Source: the human T2T-CHM13v2.0 reference genome, Homo sapiens
DNA length: 64,000 bases
Direction: 5' to 3' (one strand)
NCBI RefSeq assembly: GCF_009914755.1
Contig: NC_060925.1
Shown here in pieces: positions 54,835-64,000 of this stretch. Every line of letters starts with the position of its first letter. Position 1 is the first letter of the stretch. Under the pieces are notes generated by a model. It saw nothing but the letters and a program-made list of their open reading frames with translations. It did not search any database and had not been told where the DNA came from. Position numbers and translations under genes: made by a program.

Positions 54835-54897
<63 letters not shown>
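54835..54897. repeat. (TACA)n(CA)n microsatellite
   Basis: Visible. Confidence 0.95.
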
Positions 54898-54898
<1 letters not shown>

Positions 54899-54900
<2 letters not shown>

Positions 54901-55297
54901 CATTAGGCCATTTGCATTACTATTAAGGAATACATGACGCTGGGTAATTCATAGAGAAAAGAAGCTTAATTGGCTCATGGTTCTTCAGGGTGTACAGGAA
55001 ATGTAGTGCTGGCATCTGTTTCCGGTGAGGACCTAAGGAAGCTTACAAACATAGCAGAAGGCAAAAGGGGAGCCAGTATGTCACCTGGTGAAAGTAGGAA
55101 TAGAAGAGAAGGAGGTGCCACACACTTTAACCAACCAGATCTGGTGCGAACTCATTCACTATCGTGAATACAGCAGTAAGCCATTCATAAAGAATCTGCC
55201 TTCACGAACCAAATGCCTCCTACCGGACCCAACCTCCAACACTGGGGGTTACATTTCAACATGAAATTTGCAGGGGACAAACTTGCAAACTGTATTT
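54899..55297 (-). mobile_element. MST (MSTA-like) MaLR solo LTR
   Basis: TTAATTGGCTCATGGTTCT..GTACAGGAA..GTGCTGGCATCTG...ACCTCCAACACTGGGG.TTACATTTCAACATGA. Confidence 0.9.
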
Positions 55298-55836
55298 GAG
55301 AGTCGGGGAAGTGGGAAGAAGGGGGAAAGAGGGAGAGGAGAGAGAGAGAGAAAGAGAGAGAGAGAAGTGAGAAACACAGAACAGCAAACAAGATGGATAT
55401 TAAACCACTTCTGTTCTTCAAAGGCAAATCACCTCAGTGCACACCAATCAATGGCATCCTCCCACTTCTGAAAGCCAATCAGTGGAGAATTCCCTCCAAT
55501 AAACACACCTCTTAATGCCATTCATCTATGCTTCTGTAAATGATGTCTACTCATTTTTACTTACGAAAGTTTACCATTCCCTGATCTTCATGCTTACCAA
55601 AACCTTATTAAAATCAGCAGTCTTCTCTGATTGGAATACTGTGATTGAGCTGCATGTATCTAACTCTATATAATAAGTATGTGACTTACTAGAGTAAGTT
55701 ATAAATTCAGCTTTATTTTTTCATTTTAGATACTCAACTGTGGTCTCATCATTTTTTCACAAAACTGGAAATAGAACTGAAATTATATAAATATTCCTAC
55801 ATTTAGCCAAGAGTAAAAATACAAAAAACAAAAAAA

Positions 55837-56165
<329 letters not shown>

Positions 56166-56249
56166 TTATTTTAGATAGATTATAGATATATATGCAAGCA
56201 GTAAGAATTAATGAACTTTTTAGAAGGAAACTTACAAAACTATTTTTAG

Positions 56250-57015
56250 AAACAGGTGGGTATTTTTATAAAAGGGCAAAAAATAGCGTTTACTATAAAG
56301 AAAAATTATTAATTAGATCACATTAAAGTTAAGCACTTTATAAAAAATTAACATCTTTCGATTATCAAAATATATCCTTGAAATAGCAAAAATGAAAGCC
56401 ACGAAGTTGAAGCAGATATTTGAGATACAGATCTTCACATGTTTCTCCAATACAGAATATATGGACAACTGAACTTTTTAATCAATAAAGCAGGCAATCA
56501 AATAGAAAAAAAACTATCAAAACTGAGGAAATCGAAGAGGAGTGTCTGTGTGTGTTTATATTTTCAATTATATATCAGGAAATCGAAAGTTAATATACTA
56601 CATTCATATAAAAATGAAAAAAAAATGGCAACCAAATAGTGATGAGAGTGTTGAGCCAGTAGGCCATTTTTCACTACTTTTGTGTATGCAAATTAGTTTT
56701 ACACTGTTTATAAAATTCTTTGATGGTATTAACTGAAGTTGAATATACTGATATTTTATGACTCAGTAATTACCTAGTAGATATATTTCTAAGATGTGTA
56801 TATATGTTCACTGATTATAGATATATTTCTGCCTGAAAAGTGTATTTATATTCACCAAATGACATATTCAAGAATGTTCATAAAGACACAATTTATAACA
56901 GCCTAAAATGGAAAAGCACAGCTTTAACAATAGAAGGAATAAACTGCTGTACACACCAGTTTACACTTTATGCTATGTTCATATTTCTGCACGCATGTGA
57001 CATTTCAATAACATT
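56250..57015 (+). mobile_element. Old L1M (L1ME/MC-like) fragment
   Basis: ATAAAGAAAAA..ATTAGATCACATTAAAGTTAA, CAAGAATGTTCATA..CAATTTATAACAGCC.AAAATGGAAA. Confidence 0.6.
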
Positions 57016-57716
57016 TTTTTTCTTAAACGTACAATTTAACTTCTTTTTGTGATTATGAATGGCCTAAGAAATCAAAATCCAAATACAAAGTTAAATTTAA
57101 GTAGCCAGAGCCCAGTGCGATATTTTATGGGGTGACATTTTGAAGCAGCAACTCTAAAAGAACATGAGATGAATCTTTACAGCTAATAATTATGGTATAA
57201 TTACTTCTGTCCTTGCCAATAATTTTAGAAATAAATGAAATAGTCTATTTTGCTAATTACAAAATGTCAAAATTATCCAAATGTTTGAAGTTCATCTTCT
57301 TTTACTTTTCTGCTAAGTTATATTTTATATTAGTCAAAATCCATGATATTGTAACTGGACAGCCACTAATACATATTACCTAATATTCCTCAAATGGGCA
57401 GAACATGAAGCGAGTGACTTGGGAAATAATATGGCTATTTTTTTCTTACAATATAAGCTAAAATTAATTTTCTTAGGATTCTTAGTTTCCAGAATATAAA
57501 AGAAAATCTTTGAAAGAAGCTCTATGTATCAATGTAGCAATTTAAATATTTGATCATTTAAAAATATGTAATTACAGATTCTAGAACTTACTTCAATTAT
57601 TTTTTAAACTTATAATTCCTTACAGGCATTGCACAATTATTCAAAAATTTATATACTCTGTTTATAAAATTATTTTAAATATTATTTTGTTTAAAATTCC
57701 ATCAATTCACATGGAG

Positions 57717-58033
57717 TTTTTTTGTTTGTTTGTTTGTTTGTTTGTTTTTTGAGACAGTCTCACTCTGTCGCCCAGGCTGGAGTGCAGTGGTGCGATCTTG
57801 GCTCACCGCAAGCTCCGCCTCCTGGGTTCACGCCATTCTCCTGCCTCAGCCTCCCGAGTAGCTGGGACCTACAGGTGCCCACCACCACGCCCAGCTAATT
57901 TTGTTTTTGTAGTTTTAGTTGAGACAGGGTTTCACCGTGTTAGCCAAGATGGTCTCAATCTCCTGACCTCGTGATTCGCCTGCCTCAGCCTTCCAAAGTG
58001 CTGGATTACAGGCATTAGCTACCGAGCCCAGCC
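57717..58033 (-). mobile_element. AluY with (TTTG)n tail
   Basis: GCAAGCTCCGCCTCCTGGGTTCACGCCATTCTC and CACCGTGTTAGCC are AluY diagnostics. Confidence 0.96.
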
Positions 58034-58854
58034 AAAGGTTTTTTTTTTTTTTTTAATATTCCCAAATTTGTAATATCAACTTGCAATTTTATCTTTTCTT
58101 GTATAACTTCATTTTGGTGGCTTGTGACTTGGTAATCTCCTACCAATTCAAGACGAGTATTAATCAGTATTAATTTTCTTCTTCTTCTAACCTAAAACTT
58201 GACATATGATATCCTAAGGGGATTAGAAAAGTTTCTTTATCAGAATTTGAAATCATCCCTTCTTTGATCTTACAGAAAAGGTCTGACAATAGTCTTTAAT
58301 GTTATATCACTTTGATCTGGTACATTGTATGTGGAGCCCTGTTTCAATGAAACAATAAGTACAATTTAGAGATTCTAATTTATAATTTATATCACATTTC
58401 ATTTAAGTATGAGTGTAAACAATCTATAAAATCCTGAAAATAAAGTTTTTTTTTTACAATTTAATGAATGGCTGATAACATTATAAAAGATTGATGTAAA
58501 CAGAACTCCACGTTACTCTAAGTCCATGGCTTTATCTTTTTTTGGTGCTTTTACAAAATCACATTCAACATATTAGGCAGTGAATCCCTCATTAGCTTTG
58601 TCTAAATGAAACAGAAAAATATTTTAAAGTACAGTAGTGAAGTGCATGGGATTACTGAAGCTTGATGAATTTAACCATTATTCTTGTTCTAAGTGAAAAC
58701 TTACTCAAAATGATTTCTTATAGTCCTTGCAGCTGTATTTTCCAGAGTTCTACTGCATAAAATAAAGAGTCCCAAAGGAGAAAAAAAAAAACACATACAC
58801 ACAAGAATTAAGATTAGGTGTGATAGAAATATTATTGTTAGAATCAGTAAATAC

Positions 58855-58970
58855 ATGTATATAATATTAATTATATATTATATATCCATTATATTATAAT
58901 GGATATCATTTTATATGCATATATACATATAATATATATTATAGACATTTATATAATATATATATATATC
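58855..58970. repeat. TA-rich low-complexity tract
   Basis: Visible. Confidence 0.8.
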
Positions 58971-59146
58971 ATGAGTAAAAGGGACTGAGAAAAAGAACAT
59001 ACCCATGCTTAATAAAATTAAAAATATACACTTTTCTAGTGGAAATAAGATAATATATCTAATATTTGACTCAGAGTGTATTCAACCAGAAAATTAAGTC
59101 CTCATTCCACTACTGAGCAGGTTCAATCTATATACTATTCACCCAC

Positions 59147-59512
59147 TGTTTTGGACTATTTATGTTCCCCCTCTACCAAATTCAAATGTTCAAATCCTAA
59201 CCCCAGTGCCATGTTATTAGGGGAGTGTTTGGGAGATAATTAGGTCATGGAAGTGGAGTCCTTATAAATGAAATTTAGAAAATCTCTTACTAAAGGGACC
59301 CCCAGCTCTTTCTTTTGCCTTTTTTTTTTTTATATATGAGGATACAGTAAGTTGGCAGTCTGCAACCTGGAAGAAGGACCTCACCAGAAACTGACCAGGC
59401 TGGCACTCTGATCTTAGGCTTTTAGCCTCTGGAATGTGAGGTATAAATTTGTATTGTTTATAACCATCCAGTCTACGGTATTTTGTTATAGCATCCCAAA
59501 CTGACTGAGACA
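59147..59512 (+). mobile_element. MLT1A-like MaLR solo LTR
   Basis: TG..TGGACT..CCAAATTCAAATGTT.AAATCCTAACCCC...GGTATTTTGTTATAGCA.CCCAAACTGACTGAGACA. Confidence 0.9.
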
Positions 59513-60102
59513 CTTATTTTCTGACTCTAGAGCTATTACACTTAAGAAAAAAGCAAAAGGGTAAATAGCATCAGGAGGGCTGATGATACCAATTATATTC
59601 TAGTAGATATCATACTCACATAGAAATAATACGGACAGAAACAGGGTAATATCTTAATAGAAGAGTATTAAAGATGATAGATAATTAATGCAACATATTG
59701 ATTGAGTATAAAATAAAATAACTCAGATCTTAGTGCTGAAACACTTGATAAAAGTGCTACCTACAATCACTTGGAAGACATATTAGATACCTAACTAACT
59801 TTTAAGTTTGGAAAAGAGGTCAGAAAAGAAAATTTTGATAGCATGAGTCACTTGGTTTTCGATAAGTTTGTCAAGAAAAATAGGGGTTCAAGACAATAAT
59901 AAGTAGTTTGAAACCACTGATGACAGAGAATGACTGAGTTCACAAACTCAGTGAATACCTGGGGACTACCTCAGAAGTGGGCAAAATATCATGGAAAGGT
60001 ATCATGCGTTCCAACAGTCATGTAGAGATTAAGCAACTGAAGATCATAGAGAAAAATGGACAGAAGCTTCTTTAAAGGACGATCTTTGGAAACTAATTGT
60101 TT

Positions 60103-60515
60103 TGATTGTCCACTAGGGTTATGAGAGTGGCCAAACACATGAGGCCCGACACTGGGCACAAGAGATAAACAGTAATTGGTCAATCACACATACTCACATC
60201 GTAGAGGAAGAGAACACCATGTCATGTAGGTCACATAAGGTTTTCACTCAGAAACAGAGTGAGCAAACACGGTCTTTGAGAAGAGCTTTTGTAGTGACAA
60301 GAGGTTGAAGTTACCCCTGGTTCCCACAGGAGGATGTGATTGGCTTGTTTGAATAACTGTGTAGGCTGGCAGGCAACTGAAGTGTACTACATTGTAATAG
60401 TCCCTGTATCTGGAGTGTTCTTGGTCAGCGGATCTCATTCATTGGAGTAGAGTGGAAGAGAGGAGTTGCAAACGGGTCATTTGAAGACCTCCCAGCTTCT
60501 ACTGTCATGACAGCA
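60103..60515 (-). mobile_element. ERVL LTR (MER54/MER74-like)
   Basis: CCCCTGGTTCCCACAGGAGGATGTGATTGGCTTGTTTGAATAA..GGCTGGCAGG motif. Confidence 0.55.
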
Positions 60516-61458
60516 TGTAAATTGTAGGCCTTAACTGTAGACTTCACACCACGCTAATAAAGAACATTCTGTACTCAATAGGATTACAGTACTTCTAAGG
60601 ACCAAGGACTGGTATGTCTGGAATTATGCTGTGCCAGTTTCCATGGTAAATGGGATGTATCAGTGGGTAGATAACTTTCCATTTCATTTTTAAACATCCA
60701 GATTAAAAAGAAACCACATTGTACAATTGGCTTAACCTATAATGTAGATAAATCTACAATGTAGATAGAATATAAAAATACTTCATTTTCCAACATGATG
60801 ATTACAAGGCATCACCCAAAAGGACTGGACTTTGATCTTGATGATGTAACTATGTGAATTCTTGAGTCACTTCTGAAAGAGTTTGAGTGCAGTTTATTAC
60901 CAACTAGAGAGTGAATTAGGCTTTTAATGGTCTCTAGTAGATACTAGTGATCTTCACAATTACTCATTTCCTCTTCCTGTTAAAGATAGCTCTGGCATAT
61001 GACTTGTTTCAGCCAATGAAATACGACAAAAATGTCTTATGCGGCACAGTATTTTCTCTTTACTCTTTACTCTGGTAATAAGATTCTGTATATGATAAAA
61101 GCTCAGTTGGATGGAATGTTTCAGTGCTTCATGACCCATCCTGGTAACCCACCCCTGCTTTAAGGACAACTGTTGTAAACATTTTCAGGCATAATGGCAT
61201 GGACAGCTGCATCACTTTTCTTTCTGCAGACAAGTAGTAGATCTATAGCGCATTCAAGACCTAATTTTTGTCCTTTTTAAAAAAGTAAAGTTTTAAGATT
61301 TAAAAAATGTAAGGCTTCATATTTTTTTAGAAATAAAGTGTTCTATGAATTTATTTCAAATAACTTTTCAGAACCACTTTTATACCAAGGAATATAGCAG
61401 AAATGTACACTTTTGCTCAAAATCTCAGTTGCCTTGGGGTGAGGTAAACACTCTCAAG

Positions 61459-61770
61459 TTTCTTTTTTTTAACTTATAAGTTCAGGGGTACAAATGCAGG
61501 TTTGTTACATAGGTAAACTTGTGTCATGGGGTTTGTTGTACAGATTATTTCATCATCCAGGTGTTAAGCCTAGTACTCAATTTTTATTCCTGATCCTCTC
61601 CCTCCTCCCACCCTCCACTATCCAAAAGGGCCCAGTGTGTGTTGTTCCTCTCTGTATATTCATGTGTTCTCATCATTTAGCTCACACTTATATAAGAACA
61701 CGCAGTAATTGGTTTTCTGTTCCTGTGTTAGTTTGCTAAGAATAATGGCCTCCAACTCCATCCATTTCCT
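61459..61770 (-). mobile_element. Older L1PA 3' end
   Basis: AAGTTCAGGGGTACAAATGCAGGTTTGTTACATAGGTAAACTTGTGTCATGGGG. Confidence 0.92.
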
Positions 61771-61911
61771 TTATTGATATATAATTAACACAACTGTATG
61801 TATTAGAAGTGTACAATTTGATAAGTTTTGATATATGTATACACTCCTGAAACTATTATTAACATAAAGAACATATTCTCCACCCCCAACAATTTTGTTG
61901 TCTTCCTTGTA
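61771..61911 (-). mobile_element. L1MC/MB-like 3' end fragment
   Basis: TTATTGATATATAATT..AAGTGTACAATTTGATAAGTTTTGA.ATATGTATACAC. Confidence 0.7.
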
Positions 61912-61989
61912 TATGAGTATGACAGACACTGTGAATGTTACCTTCTGAAGTCAAATAATACATGATAATTAGATACAAGACATTGAATA

Positions 61990-62720
61990 TTTTTATTGAG
62001 TAGCAGATAATTTTTTGTTCCTATTGATATTCTTGAGCTTTTTTCAGGAATGTCTTTAAATCTTAAAAATTGTTTGCTTCTTTCCAATCTGATTTTAATA
62101 TTGTGCTAGGCAGAAGCAGAAGAGCATTGTCTAGGGTTAATTTTTCCTAACGATGGAGGCAAGATAGTCTAAGTATTGTACTTGCTCCCTCATGAATGAC
62201 TCCCACTCTGGTGAGTGATAACAGGCAATGTCTTTGGCACTTTGTAAGCTCCATAGATTATTTCCCCTAATTATCTCTGTAATTCCTTCCATGTCTTTGG
62301 GTAGTTTCCTTCCACGCCATGCACTAATCAACATTCAAATGAATACTTGAAGGTACACTTTAAAGCTCTTTGGTGTTCTCTTGGGAAGTAGCCTATTTCC
62401 TAGTCTATCCTGGAAATTTTGGTCACCTTATTCTGCCCAGATGTCTGTCTCTGTCTCCTTAACTAAGGGATACTTTCTGGCTCCACTTGGATTCCTGCTG
62501 CCTGTCCCCTGAGCCAAAGGCTGAAAATGTCTTCAGGCAGTAAACTGGGGAAACAGTAGGACTCATTTCGCTTCCCATTTCACAGCAATTGTTATCCTTT
62601 ACTGCCTGATGTCTCATGTCTTGAGAGCCATTGTTTCATGTATTTTGACCAGACTTTTAGTTGTTTCATACAGAACAGTTAATCTTGTCCCTGCTACTGC
62701 ATTTTGGCTATAGCTGGATG
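61990..62720 (-). mobile_element. Old L1M 5' region (L1MC/MD-type 5' end)
   Basis: TATTCTTGAGCTTT..CAGGAATG, CAGGCAGTAAACTGGGG.AAC.GTAGG.CTCA, ACTGCCTGATGTC. Confidence 0.65.
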
Positions 62721-62861
62721 TTATGATTATTTTTAATTACAGCATAATTAGCCTTTCTTGATGTCTACAGGGAATATTATATTAGTATCAGTATGCTCAA
62801 AAATATATGCAAGACATATTTTAAAATTTTACATATAAATTCCAAAGAAGTTCTGAACACG

Positions 62862-62910
62862 GTGTGTGTGTATGCGTGTGTGTGTGTGTGTGTGTGTGTG
62901 TGAGTGAGTG
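62862..62910. repeat. (TG)n microsatellite
   Basis: Visible. Confidence 0.95.
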
Positions 62911-63039
62911 ATATAACAAGAGAAGTGCGATATTAAACAAAATTGATTAGGATTCTGTGCAAGACAGAAAGTCCAGGTAGCTGATTATACAATTATTGGC
63001 TGGGCTAGTGAAGTTTATGTTATGTAGGCACCACTAAGT

Positions 63040-64000
63040 TTTGGTTTTAATTTCACAAGACCACAGCTAGCATGAAGAAACCAGGATGCTACTTCTGTCA
63101 TCCAGAGTTCAGTTTGCAGTTTTTGTCTCTTGTAACAGTGCTTCCACAGCCATCATTTTCTTGGAGCATGAGGCTGGTAATTAGACATTAAGACATTGAG
63201 TCCAATTTCTGCCAACACTAATTTCTGTCACAGCCACTTTAACTACCCATAATATTCCAGAAATATGGATCTGCCTCATTTTAAAATATAATACCAAATT
63301 TTAATTCAGAACTTTAGCTTTAAGGGTGTCTAAGAAATGGAATATTTAGCTTTCCAACCATAGAAATACAAGGTTGTTACTGTCAATCCACATATTCATC
63401 ACACTATATCACTTTACTCAAATTCTATTCATTGCTTTCTATGCATAATAAATGTCCAACTTTACTATGAGATGAAGCCAAAAGGGAAAACCCATGCACC
63501 ATCAGTTATAGCATCTATCTCAAAGTTATAACCATTCTCTGCTTATTTGGCCAAAATTCCTCCTTGGCTTTCTGTAACCAAAAACTATTAATAGTCAACT
63601 ATAAGAAATTCACCATATATAAAGTATTAAGGGAAAGTAATAGCAATATCTATATTCATAATATGACAAAAAAGAAAATATTCATAGGCACTGCATTAAG
63701 GGAAAGTCATAGGGGAATATAGCTATAGCTATAAATATAGATACATTTGAAAGAAATGGAGAATATATTCAGTTACTAAAGTCATTTCAGTTCACAAGGC
63801 TGTTGTTGATATTTGCATTATCATATTCTTATTCCACATATTCTGTGTTGCCTTTTCCGTTAGACAACATTTCAGCGCCTGAAATTTTATTACCTACTAC
63901 TCTGAGCTATCAGTGTTTCTGCTTGTTCTCTGACTACAAGTTATGAAAGAATTGAACAATTCACCTGAGAATCCCATGTGCTCCAAACACACTCCTCTCT
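63040..64000 (-). mobile_element. Decayed ERVL/MaLR-class LTR plus adjoining internal sequence
   Basis: TAAGGGTGTCTAAGAAATGGAATATTTAGCTTTCC LTR motif; ERVL-like internal end near 63780-63900. Confidence 0.35.

Noticed and set aside
55400-55680. Cluster of CCAAT boxes suggesting a promoter
   Set aside because: No CpG or GC context; more likely a decayed LTR remnant that I cannot assign.
55805-55836. TAAAAATACAAAAA (Alu mid-linker-like) upstream of the Alu, suggesting a trimeric Alu
   Set aside because: No left-arm sequence precedes it; better explained as an A-rich target site resembling AAAATATAAAA after the tail.

Overview
AT-rich, gene-poor primate (human/hominoid-like) genomic DNA dominated by interspersed repeats: Alu (J, S, Y, FLAM), L1 of many ages, MaLR/ERVL/ERV1 LTRs, a 3'-truncated HERV-L provirus with its MLT2A LTR (48.2-52.5 kb), an older ERVL pol remnant (24.2-27.4 kb), DNA-transposon relics and microsatellites. 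I find no intact protein-coding gene. The ORF-track entries are repeat-derived or chance ORFs. The one recognisable gene-derived feature is a disabled processed pseudogene of TIMM17A (4939-5837), which the ORF track misses. I see no evidence of a novel multi-gene biological system. The notable signals are unusual retrotransposition and repair scars: an L1 whose 5' junction carries a ~90-bp fold-back copy of its own target flank (45.6-45.8 kb), a 202-bp duplication of non-repeat DNA 2.6 kb apart, two twin-primed inverted L1s, a ~100-bp young L1 with a 9-nt 3' transduction, and several poly(A)-only or template-switch micro-insertions. Repeat subfamily names are assigned by eye from recalled consensus motifs, and boundaries of old elements are approximate.
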